From the IMG/VR virus record IMGVR_UViG_3300029822_000004, positions 1-64,000 of that record: a DNA stretch of 64,000 nucleotides. The stretch is one strand, 5' to 3'. This stretch comes from a virus. This document shows, one piece after another, positions 1 through 9,339 of the stretch (position 1 is the stretch's first letter; each line of letters begins with the position of its first letter). The position numbers and the translations under genes are program-made. Under the pieces are notes generated by a model that saw nothing but the letters and a program-made list of their open reading frames with translations, did no database searches and was not told where the DNA came from.

Positions 1-18
1 GTGCTGGTCTACTGCGAC

Positions 19-51
19 AAAAAACCCCACCAGTTTCCTAGACCGGCGGGG
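19..51 (-). terminator. Rho-independent terminator for the minus-strand early genes
   Basis: On the minus strand reads CCCCGCCGGT-loop-ACTGGTGGGG followed by T6, downstream of 158..943. Confidence 0.6.
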
Positions 52-157
52 CGATTGTGACAGATTTATTTTTTCGGAATTGAAATTAGTGGCTTTTGTG
101 TCGGCCTTTTAGGGCGCCTTATGCCACTAATTCTCTTTGGCGCTAACGATACAGCCA

Positions 158-943
158 TTAACCTTCACCGTTGCCGTTGTCTTCCTCGTTGTCTTCCTCG
201 TTGTCGTCGCCGGGGTCATCCGCCGGCTGTTCGTCAACGGTTCCGGCATACTCTGGCGGTGTCCAGTCGGGATTTTCTTTTGTCTTTTCTTTCCACGTTG
301 CCATCAATAATGCGGCTGCGGTGGGGCTGAATCGCTTTACCGTGTCGTCCTTCTCGCCTGGCCAAAAGGAATATTTACAGTAGAAGTCGAAGATTTTCTT
401 CTCGGCGTCATCCAATTCAAGCCGTTTGCAATTCTCTACAAGTTTCTCGGCATTGATCAATTCGCGCCATAACCGGCATTGCCCTACTGCGGTTCTGGTC
501 GAAGCTTCCGCTATGGCGCATCTGCCGTTCTCTCTCCAGCCTTTCATAATAAACTGTAACGCTAGCGTTGCGCGGGTTAACTCCTGCTGAGTAATTTCGC
601 TCTCTTTGCGGCCGTTGCGGATCAGTAAAGACAAGGCTGCAATGACACGCGAGTGGTCATTACCGTAAACAAGTAACTGACTGTTACTCCAAGGGTCAAC
701 GGGGGCCTTTGGCGTGCGGGTCTTGCGGGTCTGGGCGGCAATTAAGGCAGCCTGGGTTGCGGCTAGTTGTTCCTGCATTGCGGCCATCATTGCGGCAAGC
801 TCCGGGGGGAGTGCGGCTAGTTGTTCGGGCGTCAATGTAACGGCTGCGGGGGTGTTTGCGGGGGTGTTTTCCATTTCATTCTCCAGTTTCTTGGTGGCGT
901 TGTTTGCGGTGGTGGTGGCGTTGGTGGCGTTGGTGTTTTCCAT
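158..943 (-). CDS. Hypothetical protein with low-complexity T/N/A N-terminus and acidic C-terminus
   Basis: 261-aa ORF with GGAG RBS; no recognisable motif. Confidence 0.75.
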   Translation of the reverse strand: MENTNATNATTTANNATKKLENEMENTPANTPAAVTLTPEQLAALPPELAAMMAAMQEQLAATQAALIAAQTRKTRTPKAPVDPWSNSQLLVYGNDHSRVIAALSLLIRNGRKESEITQQELTRATLALQFIMKGWRENGRCAIAEASTRTAVGQCRLWRELINAEKLVENCKRLELDDAEKKIFDFYCKYSFWPGEKDDTVKRFSPTAAALLMATWKEKTKENPDWTPPEYAGTVDEQPADDPGDDNEEDNEEDNGNGEG

Positions 944-1017
944 CTTCTTGTCTCCAGTTTTTTGGTTCCGGTTACTCGCCTATAACCTAGTTGTTATAGG
1001 CGTTAAAATTGTGGTTG

Positions 1018-1227
1018 TTAGTCATGCTGTTTAAGAAGCTCTTCCAGACTCTTTCCGGCATTATTAGTCTTAACCATTGCCGAGACTATTAGTGCTGCTG
1101 TACTGTCGTTTGCCATTGCGCGGGTGGCGTAGTCGGCGTCTGCGGCAATAGCTTCAACTATTTCTGCAAAGGCCGTCTTAAGTAGTTTTTCTGCATGGCG
1201 CAATTTTGTTACTGTCGTTGTTTTCAT
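1018..1227 (-). CDS. Hypothetical protein
   Basis: 69-aa ORF with GGAG RBS. Confidence 0.6.
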   Translation of the reverse strand: MKTTTVTKLRHAEKLLKTAFAEIVEAIAADADYATRAMANDSTAALIVSAMVKTNNAGKSLEELLKQHD

Positions 1228-1630
1228 TTTTCGCTTTTCTCCATGTTAGGGTTTTTACTGGGGCGGGGCGAACTCTTTACTGAGCATGCTATTAATATAA
1301 TGTCTATACCAGTTTTGCGAGTCATTTTTTTGTTTTTTTATGTTTTTTGTGTCGATTGTTTGCAAGTTGTTTATATTCAACGAGTTACATATTTTAACAT
1401 AACTTGGCATACTATACGCTATAATACCATATATGCACACAATTATAGGCGTTCGGTTATTGTATGGTATTTCTTATTTGCTAATGTCTCTTATTTTACT
1501 CTCTTTGTCGTTGTTTAATCATTTACTTAACATTTTATACAATCATATTCATACACCACTATTTATATATCTGTCTGTATGGCGTTATGATTGCCCCAGC
1601 TTGTATTGGCCAGTATATACATCTACACCT

Positions 1631-1720
1631 ATGCATCGGTGTGTGAAAACTCTATGCATCGGCATCTAAAATAGCCCTATGCATCGGCGTGTGAAATGCA
1701 TAGGGCTGTGCATCGACATC
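1631..1720 (+). repeat. Cluster of 4 RTGCATCG direct repeats
   Basis: Cores at 1631, 1654, 1679, 1708. Confidence 0.8.
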
Positions 1721-2052
1721 TACCACTTATAATCTTCGTTCAGCCAGTCCCAAAATACGTTGTCAATGTAATCTTTAATGCCGTTTAGATCCTTACCAGT
1801 GACAACAATATTAAGGCCGTAGAAGCCAGGATTGACAGTAATGGTGTGGTCTGTCCATCCATCATAGAATCCAACATCACTCATGTGGTGATATTCTGTA
1901 TAAAAAATCAGCTTCTTGTTTGAGGATTTGTCTCTGTCAAACGTAGTGCCAGAATCAAATCCGCTTCCCGATGGTGCACTCTTCATGATGTCGGATAGCT
2001 TATCTTCCATTTTACCATCTAGTGCCGTTACGATTGCTTGATAGACCTTCAT
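1720..2052 (-). CDS. Hypothetical phage protein
   Basis: 110-aa ORF, AAGGAG RBS, PSGSGFD motif. Confidence 0.75.
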   Translation of the reverse strand: MKVYQAIVTALDGKMEDKLSDIMKSAPSGSGFDSGTTFDRDKSSNKKLIFYTEYHHMSDVGFYDGWTDHTITVNPGFYGLNIVVTGKDLNGIKDYIDNVFWDWLNEDYKW

Positions 2053-2132
2053 TTGTTAATCTCCTTTGTTGCTTCAATTATCATGGCGTTCAATGCATCG
2101 ACGTGTGATATATAGGGCTATGCATCGGCGTG

Positions 2133-2270
2133 CTACTTTGTCGCATCCTTCTCTGCGTTGATGATAAAGGCATTGAGTGCATCGATGTCCGAATCCAATT
2201 GCCAGATGAAGTCAGCAATGGGATGCTTGGTGGATAGGATGAAATGATAGATGCGTTTGATGGTTTTCAT
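2133..2270 (-). CDS. Small hypothetical protein (start reassigned to MKTIKR)
   Basis: AAGGA RBS ahead of ATG at 2270. Confidence 0.45.
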   Translation of the reverse strand: MKTIKRIYHFILSTKHPIADFIWQLDSDIDALNAFIINAEKDATK

Positions 2271-2472
2271 GGTGTGTCCTTTAGTTATCAATCCCCACGC
2301 CAGAACAAAACACGCTGAGGATGTATGCAATATGAGCCACATTCATCCCCGTCTCGCGACTGATAACCTTGATGGCTTTATGGCGCTTGTAATGGAGATT
2401 GGCAACTAAACGATTGAACATACTGATGACTTTTTCTTTTTCTTCTGTCTTCATTTTCATCTTCTCCTTGTG

Positions 2473-2691
2473 TTAGATATCTTTGGACTCGATGTATTCC
2501 CTGACGTGGATTTCTGCATTGAATACCAGACTATCTTCTGACATATTCGGATCGTTAAAAAGCTCGTCCTCGCTTACATCCCAGTCCTCCTGCGCCTCAA
2601 CCTGCGCATCTGGGTTTTGCAGATTGTGGTCAAACAAGATGTGGAGGCAATAGAAGTTATACAGCAATCTCGCATACTTTTCGTCCATCAT
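2473..2691 (-). CDS. Hypothetical acidic protein
   Basis: 72-aa ORF; leader AAGGAGAAAAGAAAATG similar to neighbours. Confidence 0.65.
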   Translation of the reverse strand: MMDEKYARLLYNFYCLHILFDHNLQNPDAQVEAQEDWDVSEDELFNDPNMSEDSLVFNAEIHVREYIESKDI

Positions 2692-2706
2692 TTTCTTTTC
2701 TCCTTG

Positions 2707-2970
2707 TTATTTTACATTACAGAGGATGAAAACAAGCAAAGCAGCAGAATGAATCGCTTGATCGCTTGGCTTGTGTGCAACGTCGTACAGAAGCTCCAAA
2801 ATACCACAATCAGTAAAAAAGTGCCCAGAACAATCGTACTTCTCAACAAATGCCTTCACGATATCAATGCTGGCCACATCAAACGTGTCGTCTTGGATGG
2901 CAATAATAATGACACTCAGATGGCCGACAATCCAGAGACGCTGTTTCATGGTGGGCTTTTTCTTCATCAT
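2707..2970 (-). CDS. Hypothetical protein
   Basis: 87-aa ORF with similar AAGGAGAAAAAGAAAATG leader. Confidence 0.6.
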   Translation of the reverse strand: MMKKKPTMKQRLWIVGHLSVIIIAIQDDTFDVASIDIVKAFVEKYDCSGHFFTDCGILELLYDVAHKPSDQAIHSAALLVFILCNVK

Positions 2971-3049
2971 TTTCTTTTCTCCTTTACATTAGATATAGAG
3001 TAACCGAAACTGGCACTGCACCGTGATTGATGCAGTGCCGACAAACTGC

Positions 3050-3673
3050 CTAGTCTGGTATCTCTATGATGCGTGAGAGATGCCAGTCCATGCTCATCTT
3101 CAGTCGCTTTTTCTCCAGATTGTCATAGCGGTTATTCTTGTGCTGTAACTGCGCCAATGCATCTTTGTCCCTTGCCGCGCTGGCGACCATCTCTTCATTA
3201 AACTTGATGGCCTTGTCCTTCTGTCTATCGTACTCGTCTTTTGCCGATGACCAGGCCTTTGCGGCGATCAGGATATTGTACCATGATTCAAATGCGCCCT
3301 CATCTACCTCACAGATTGACCCTCTGGTATACTGGCGACACTCACATCCATCCCAAAGATAGATGTAGTCGCCATACGTACTATCCCCCCTTCTACGATA
3401 GACAGTACGTGTTTCCTGCCCTCGCCATCCACGCGACAGAAGATTCGCAACTAGGGTCACTCCGTAGCTATGGCATCTGATAACGCGCTTAACCGCCTTA
3501 TCGATAAGCGCCTTGTCGTGCATCTCGTCGTTTAGGGCAGTGGGATGCTTGCTACCCTCTTCATTCATAGTAGTGCAGAGATCATCAACTGCATACAAAT
3601 AGTTCATCCAGGCACTGTTGAGCTTATCGGCCAGGGATACGCTGCTCAGGGTGTTGGTGATAAATTCCATCAT
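3050..3673 (-). CDS. Hypothetical protein (start reassigned to MMEFITN)
   Basis: RBS AGGGAG before 3673; the longer ORF start overlaps a promoter. Confidence 0.7.
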   Translation of the reverse strand: MMEFITNTLSSVSLADKLNSAWMNYLYAVDDLCTTMNEEGSKHPTALNDEMHDKALIDKAVKRVIRCHSYGVTLVANLLSRGWRGQETRTVYRRRGDSTYGDYIYLWDGCECRQYTRGSICEVDEGAFESWYNILIAAKAWSSAKDEYDRQKDKAIKFNEEMVASAARDKDALAQLQHKNNRYDNLEKKRLKMSMDWHLSRIIEIPD

Positions 3674-3745
3674 TTTCTTTTCTCCCTTAGATAGAGGACG
3701 CACACATTGGAACCTTGCTAGTAACTTGTTTTTGTTACTGTCTAT

Positions 3746-3773
3746 ACTATAGCTCATGTTTTACGTTTTTCAA
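3746..3773 (-). promoter_or_regulatory. Phage consensus promoter TTGAAA-N16-TATAGT
   Basis: Reverse complement reads TTGAAAaacgtaaaacatgagcTATAGT. Confidence 0.75.
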
Positions 3774-3864
3774 GTAACATTCACATAAATCTTAACATTA
3801 TTTTTAGATAGTCTGGCGGTGTTTTGTCCATGCTCTTTTTTGTCGCCTGTATATAATAAAGTAT

Positions 3865-3892
3865 ATAATAGTGCATAGTTTCATATTTTCAA
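3865..3892 (-). promoter_or_regulatory. Second leftward promoter TTGAAA-N16-TATTAT
   Basis: Same -35 and 16-bp spacer as the consensus. Confidence 0.55.
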
Positions 3893-4080
3893 GCCACTAA
3901 AACAATAAAATTACATGTATCTTTTTGGTAGAAGAAATAATTATGTCAGTTTCGATATAATTAAACGCGGGCATCGGGCTGGGCGCTCATTTTTGCACAT
4001 TTTTGATTAACTCCGTGCTTATTTATGATCGGTTTTGCTTGAATTTGCTCATCTAGGCGATTAGCTCAAGGCTAAACTAA

Positions 4081-4198
4081 CGTCGCATAATATCACCAAA
4101 AACAAACAATCGTAATAACTCTCATGCCTAAAAAGTAGAAAATACCATAAAAACACAAAAATCGTAATAATTCCCACGTCGCATAATATCACCAAAAA
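4081..4198 (+). repeat. Direct repeats CGTCGCATAATATCACCAAAAA x2 and AATCGTAATAA x2
   Basis: 22-mer at 4081 and 4177; 11-mer at ~4109 and 4160. Confidence 0.75.
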
Positions 4199-4297
4199 TA
4201 ATTGATTCACTTATGTTAAATCACTTCTCACAAAAGTAAATCAATCATAGTTAAGTTGTTTGTGTATAAGCCTTTGTACATAAATCAATTTCCAGCT

Positions 4298-4440
4298 ATG
4301 CATCGACATTTGGAATTGCATGGACTTTTCTATGCATCGGTATCTAGGATTGTGTGCATCGGTATCTGGGATTGTATGGACTTTTCTATGCATCGGTATC
4401 TAGGATTGTGTGCATCGGTGTATGGAGTTGTGCATCGACA
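4298..4440 (+). repeat. Cluster of 6 RTGCATCG repeats including a ~49-bp duplication with a 56-bp period
   Basis: Cores at 4298, 4332, 4354, 4388, 4410, 4430. Confidence 0.85.
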
Positions 4441-4579
4441 TTTGGTGTTCTGGTATGCCTCTCTTTTTGATTGTAGCAGCCTTATTTCGCGTCTTATAGT
4501 CCAGATGGGGTAATTAGTGGGGTATTATTCCATTTGCTCTTTTTGGGGCCTTTATATCAATTCTACGGCGTTTATGGCT

Positions 4580-5420
4580 GATGGGGCATGGCGGCAGTGG
4601 AAAGAACTGTTTTTGAGATTTGGGAATTGCCACGTTTTAAGGAAAGGGGGTAGGGGGATAGGATTCTTCTGTTGGTATCTCGTGGGGGGAGGGTGGCGTC
4701 TTTTCTTTTAATGGGGAATGATGCCGGAGAGCAGCCTTGTCTTTGGATTTGGGAATGACTGAGGGGGTCGAGCGATAGCGAGCCACCGAAGGAATGGTGT
4801 TTGCATTGAGGATCGGCCAGAGGATGGGGTTTTGGATTGGGATTGGGATTGGGTGTGTGTGCTTGGTTTCCGTAAATGGTGTATTGATCCGATCCAGCGA
4901 GCGATAGCGAGCTGGTGAGGATGGTTGTGTTCCTCTTGTTTTTCTTTTCTTATATTTCTTTTCTGTAGGTATTTAAAAGAGAAATCCAATCCGTATTCCT
5001 TTTTTGTTTTTCTTTCCCATTTAAGAGATTGGAAATAATACATAATTACTTTTACTTCTATTTCTATGTTACTATCTATGTAAACTTTTGCTATAAATAC
5101 ATACCCTAACACCTATCACCACCCCGTCACCTATCAACCCCAAACATACCACCCAACACCAAACCCAGAAAAAACAACCCCAATCCAAACACCAAACCCC
5201 GACAACCCTATCCTCCTTTATCTTTTTCCCCTAACACTTCCTTTACCCTATCCCCTATATCCCCTTTCCCTAATGGTTCCTCTTTCCCCCTTTCCTTGAT
5301 GGTTCCTTTCCCTTGCTCCCCTTTCCTCTTTCCTTGCCCCTAAAAAAGAATCCCTTTCCTCTTCCCGCCTTTCTTTCCCCTTCTTTCCTATCCCCCTCCG
5401 CTTTCCTCTATCCCCAAATG
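4580..5420. other. Mirrored G-rich / AT-rich / C-rich non-coding region; candidate origin or terminus-associated element
   Basis: GC skew flips at ~5020; degenerate inverted arms; lies between divergent gene blocks. Confidence 0.45.
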
Positions 5421-5467
5421 AATCTTAGGCTTGAAAAAATAAATAGCACTAAAATGTTTAATACGAC

Positions 5468-5495
5468 TTGAAAAACGGTAATTGTGTGCTATAGT
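5468..5495 (+). promoter_or_regulatory. Phage consensus promoter with extended -10
   Basis: TTGAAAaacggtaattgTGTGcTATAGT. Confidence 0.8.
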
Positions 5496-5586
5496 ATTAC
5501 CATATTAAATAAAGGCGACAATGACACGGCGCCAGTAACCGAAAAGAGTGTCAAAGAATCCCAAATCTAAACCAAAGGAGAATCCC

Positions 5587-5838
5587 ATGCCGGATTGCTT
5601 ATCTGTTCTGAGTGTGGGCGATGATGTTATGCTAGATGATGGTGTCGAATATGATAATGTAATAGCGAACGTCATAAGTCTGTCCAAAGAATACATTGAA
5701 GTTCGTGTGGTTTACTGTATCAATGCGGAGCTGGATGATTTTCTACGCAATGCAAGGATAAAAATACCAATCAAGACATTTTTGCAAGGTGTGTACTATA
5801 TCCGCCGTGGTGTTCATGTAATATGGAAAGCAGACTAA
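5587..5838 (+). CDS. Hypothetical protein
   Basis: AAGGAG RBS before ATG 5587. Confidence 0.6.
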   Translation: MPDCLSVLSVGDDVMLDDGVEYDNVIANVISLSKEYIEVRVVYCINAELDDFLRNARIKIPIKTFLQGVYYIRRGVHVIWKAD

Positions 5839-5849
5839 AGGAGAGCAAG

Positions 5850-6161
5850 ATGGAAAAGGTCTATGAGATCGTTATCGGGCTGAATGACAAGGATACCAAG
5901 CAGCAGAAAATCTCCACTGTCGAAGCCTATAAGATCACGGAGAACCTGCTTTGCCATCATATCGGTGGTGGGAGCATATTCGAGGGTATGGGCATCTACA
6001 CGCACGCCGACAGTACCATCGTGCGTGAGCGGTCGTTGTCGGTAAAAACATCTACCGACAATCACCAGTCCGTTCTTGATTTTGTTGCGGCGGTGAAGGC
6101 TGCATTGAATCAGGAATCCGTCTACGTGCAGCAAATGGAAGTGAATGTGTCGTTTATCTGA
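5850..6161 (+). CDS. DUF3574-like protein
   Basis: IGLNDKDT...GxxIFEGxGxY...IVRE pattern; RBS AAGGAG. Confidence 0.55.
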   Translation: MEKVYEIVIGLNDKDTKQQKISTVEAYKITENLLCHHIGGGSIFEGMGIYTHADSTIVRERSLSVKTSTDNHQSVLDFVAAVKAALNQESVYVQQMEVNVSFI

Positions 6162-6183
6162 TCACAAACCAAAGGAGATTACC

Positions 6184-6540
6184 ATGAGTACAAAGAAGTA
6201 TCCAGCACCAAAGCATCCAGACCCAATTAAGCCACCAACACACAAGGACATGCTGGAGTTGATTGCCATGGCTGCGGACTTTGCTTCCATTAGCGATCCA
6301 GGAGACATGAGGAAGGGCATAGGATTGCTGGCGGGCGCACTTCACAAATTGGGCATTCATCATTACTTTTGCGGCGGACTGTTTGGCGGCCTTGAGGATG
6401 TGCACAGGACATCCTATCAATCCGACCTCTCATATAACAAGTTTCAGTGGTTGCGCTTTATTCAGAGATTGTCAACATTCAAGGTCGAACGTGATTGGCC
6501 TGAGAAGAGCGTTTCGGAGTCCAGCGAAGAGCAGAACTGA
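6184..6540 (+). CDS. Hypothetical protein
   Basis: AAGGAG RBS, operon context. Confidence 0.6.
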   Translation: MSTKKYPAPKHPDPIKPPTHKDMLELIAMAADFASISDPGDMRKGIGLLAGALHKLGIHHYFCGGLFGGLEDVHRTSYQSDLSYNKFQWLRFIQRLSTFKVERDWPEKSVSESSEEQN

Positions 6541-6568
6541 TGTCGAACCAACTAAAGGAGATTGACCC

Positions 6569-6934
6569 ATGACAAGCAAGGAAGAAATCAAAGAAGCTCT
6601 CTATGAATGCAATGATGAGTTGGTTATCGGTCTGTGGAATAAGTGTGCCAATGAACACAAGTACGAAGAGGTGTTTATCAACGATGTGGGGTTCTTCTAT
6701 GACTGTATCGTGCGCGGGGGCAATCACTGGGAGTTTGCGGAGGCGGTATGCGGAGGCAACTACAACACTAAGGATAAATATGCATGGTTCAACTCCAATC
6801 GTGCGCTTATGTCTTTCAATCGCCCGTGTGATGAATTGTCGCCAGTTGATTACGATGTGTTGGCCAGCTTTATCCATGAGCGGTATGACTTGATAGCGCC
6901 CAGTGATTTGTGTGATATCGAAATAAACAACTAG
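6569..6934 (+). CDS. Hypothetical phage protein
   Basis: 121-aa ORF with RBS. Confidence 0.7.
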   Translation: MTSKEEIKEALYECNDELVIGLWNKCANEHKYEEVFINDVGFFYDCIVRGGNHWEFAEAVCGGNYNTKDKYAWFNSNRALMSFNRPCDELSPVDYDVLASFIHERYDLIAPSDLCDIEINN

Positions 6935-6944
6935 GAGGATTAAG

Positions 6945-7358
6945 ATGGAAAGTTATACTGATATGAAAGCCCGCCATCACAAGGAAATTGACGCTCTGCC
7001 AATCTGTTATGCATTCAACAAAGAGCAGCTTGATGAGGCAAAAAAGAAGTTGGGTGATGTCCCACTTGCTACTTTCGGGTGTGGCTCTGTATATCGCAAG
7101 GCCGACTTTGGCCTTATTAGTTCAGTGCTTGATCGGCATGAAGAAGAGCACAAGAGGCTCCGCGAGGATTACAAAGCGCTTGAGGATGGATTCTTGTATG
7201 AGATGGCCAATCATGAGTTCAACATCAACTGGCAGGGCGTCGAGGATGTGCTTCGGTGTTTTGATATGACCGAAGAAGATTTGCAGACCAATCAAGGGTT
7301 GAAGGCGGCATTTGATTCAGCACGTCGCCGGTATTATGAAAGCATCAAGGAGGATTGA
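6945..7358 (+). CDS. Hypothetical phage protein
   Basis: 137-aa ORF, AGGAGG RBS, YEMANHE motif. Confidence 0.75.
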   Translation: MESYTDMKARHHKEIDALPICYAFNKEQLDEAKKKLGDVPLATFGCGSVYRKADFGLISSVLDRHEEEHKRLREDYKALEDGFLYEMANHEFNINWQGVEDVLRCFDMTEEDLQTNQGLKAAFDSARRRYYESIKED

Positions 7359-7361
7359 TCA

Positions 7362-7637
7362 ATGCCAAAACAAAGACAGATTATTGCACTGGTGAGAGTA
7401 TGCAATGCCGTGGCTGAGTATTGTGAAGCCATGCGCGAGGTGGATAGGGATTCGATTCCTTATGTATGGAAGTGGCTAGTGAACTTTGAGCTGAATAAAA
7501 ACAAAGGGGTGATGGACATTATTGAGCAAATTAACAGTTGTACCAATAACAGCGATTGGGAGCATGTCGTGAAGCTATGGTTGCGCCTCGTTGCTGCTGT
7601 GGCCGTCACTGATTGTGTTGCTTACAAGGAGGATTGA
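7362..7637 (+). CDS. Hypothetical protein
   Basis: AGGAGG RBS, tight packing. Confidence 0.6.
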   Translation: MPKQRQIIALVRVCNAVAEYCEAMREVDRDSIPYVWKWLVNFELNKNKGVMDIIEQINSCTNNSDWEHVVKLWLRLVAAVAVTDCVAYKED

Positions 7638-7639
7638 TT

Positions 7640-7888
7640 ATGCGAAGCCTGGGAATGTTACCAATCGTGCTTATTATCTACTCACAACCAAAAGGTATTA
7701 TGATTGGTCGTTATGTAGCAGATGAGGCAGACTGTGCTGATGACGCCCAAAAGGAGCTGATGGCCGGCGTGCGTGATTGGACAAAGCAGCGTGTGGATAA
7801 GTATATGGGATTGCACCAGGATTATTTTGCCAAAGATGATATCCGCAATCTCAAGAAATATGGATTCGGCAAGGATTTCACTATCTAG
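7640..7888 (+). CDS. Hypothetical protein (start uncertain)
   Basis: ORF following an AGGAGG RBS. Confidence 0.5.
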   Translation: MRSLGMLPIVLIIYSQPKGIMIGRYVADEADCADDAQKELMAGVRDWTKQRVDKYMGLHQDYFAKDDIRNLKKYGFGKDFTI

Positions 7889-7905
7889 AACAAAGGAGAA
7901 TCACG

Positions 7906-9189
7906 ATGGAAAACACTATGACCGCAGCAGACATTCAAGCTCAAGCGACCAAGATTGAGGACAACGCCAAGACAGCTATCCCGGAGAACAAAACACGCGA
8001 GGAGTTCATCAAGCGCGTCAGCAAGATTGACCCGCTGGTGCAGGAGTTTTTCTGTAAGGGCTTCAGCGCGAAAAACAACAGGGATTTTGAGGCCGAGTTA
8101 AAGATGTTCAATGGCGACAGGAATGATGGTTTGGGTGCTTCGTATAGCTTTAATCATCACCTGCCATTGAGTCCTGTGAAGCCGCCGAGATTTTATACGC
8201 CATTGGAAGCAGCGACACTTCATGTATCCGATGACCTGACACGCAAGCAGCTTTCTTCCATCAAGGTAGAAAATGGCTATGCCTGTGGTACTGATGGTCG
8301 TCGGTTGGTGATTGTGCCTTTCACCGATTTTCCAGATGGCATGTGGCGCGAGATTGACAAGAAGAACTACATAGCTTTCGGTGACAGGTCGGAGGATGAT
8401 GTCAAGAAGTGGATTGATGCTGCTTTTATAGATTCACCGCCCAATATCGTAGAGGCTATTGCGATGTCTGAGGCGTACAAGCGAACTGCCGAATTCACAT
8501 CACACTACCCACGGAAGATTGGCAAGAAGTGGTATCATAACAACATCGAGGGCGAATATCCAAACGTCAAACAGGTCATTCCTACTGACCTCTCCGATTG
8601 CTTCGTGATTGAACACGCCGAAAAACTCCTGCCACATGTCCAAGCGGCACTTAATTTTTACAAACTTCGAGGAACTGATTCGACGACTGTGACGGTGCTG
8701 TTAAATGATGAGATGGTCTATTTTGATGGTGTGTTTATCCGTGATGCGCTGTTGTCTCTTGGGGGATTTGGGCCAGTTACGTTCTACATTGGCGATGTGA
8801 GAGGTCCAGCAGTGCTCAAGGCCGGCGATGCTCTGGCGGTGATTATGCCAATGCGAGGAGAAAGGGCAGACGATTATAGTACGGTTTCAAGCGGCGTCAT
8901 TATCAATATGCCTGGGTGGGATAAGGTCTCCAATGCCCCATCACCCACGAAACGAAAGACCATCACCAAGACAACCAAACGTACTATCTATGCGGTGGCG
9001 TCCATGATAACCGAGAGTACATTGTTGGTAGTGACCCAAGATGGTGCTGTTGGATTTGCTATTCCGAGTGATGGTACTACCCACACGGAAGATGATGCCA
9101 TAGAGATATTCAAGAATGAGTGCCATAGGTATCTGACAATTCTAGGTCTGGCTGACTCCATCGACTTGCGCATCACTAAAGGGCGCTAA
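7906..9189 (+). CDS. Protein with a DNA pol III beta-clamp-like (DnaN domain II/III) region
   Basis: GTDGRRL, IEGEYPNVKQVIP and VIMPMR resemble DnaN ATDGHRL, IDGRFPDYRRVLP and VVMPMR. Confidence 0.6.
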   Translation: MENTMTAADIQAQATKIEDNAKTAIPENKTREEFIKRVSKIDPLVQEFFCKGFSAKNNRDFEAELKMFNGDRNDGLGASYSFNHHLPLSPVKPPRFYTPLEAATLHVSDDLTRKQLSSIKVENGYACGTDGRRLVIVPFTDFPDGMWREIDKKNYIAFGDRSEDDVKKWIDAAFIDSPPNIVEAIAMSEAYKRTAEFTSHYPRKIGKKWYHNNIEGEYPNVKQVIPTDLSDCFVIEHAEKLLPHVQAALNFYKLRGTDSTTVTVLLNDEMVYFDGVFIRDALLSLGGFGPVTFYIGDVRGPAVLKAGDALAVIMPMRGERADDYSTVSSGVIINMPGWDKVSNAPSPTKRKTITKTTKRTIYAVASMITESTLLVVTQDGAVGFAIPSDGTTHTEDDAIEIFKNECHRYLTILGLADSIDLRITKGR

Positions 9190-9193
9190 TCAC

Positions 9194-9236
9194 ATGCTCC
9201 CATCATAAATCATAGTGATGGGAGCATTTTTCTTTT
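9194..9236 (+). terminator. Rho-independent terminator
   Basis: Perfect 12-bp stem ATGCTCCCATCA/TGATGGGAGCAT followed by a T-tract. Confidence 0.85.
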
Positions 9237-9245
9237 CGTTGTTAC

Positions 9246-9273
9246 TTGAAAAACACATAAGGTGTGCTATAGT
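9246..9273 (+). promoter_or_regulatory. Phage consensus promoter
   Basis: TTGAAAaacacataaggTGTGcTATAGT. Confidence 0.8.
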
Positions 9274-9339
9274 ATTCAATGTTACGGAAAGAACGCCGCA
9301 ACGCCAAACATCCACACACTAACAACGGAGAAGATTACA

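Noticed and set aside
4298-4440. CRISPR array
   Set aside because: Repeat core only ~8-12 bp, spacers short and self-similar, no cas genes
4708-5112. 134-aa minus-strand ORF
   Set aside because: Low-complexity translation of the skewed non-coding region; no RBS
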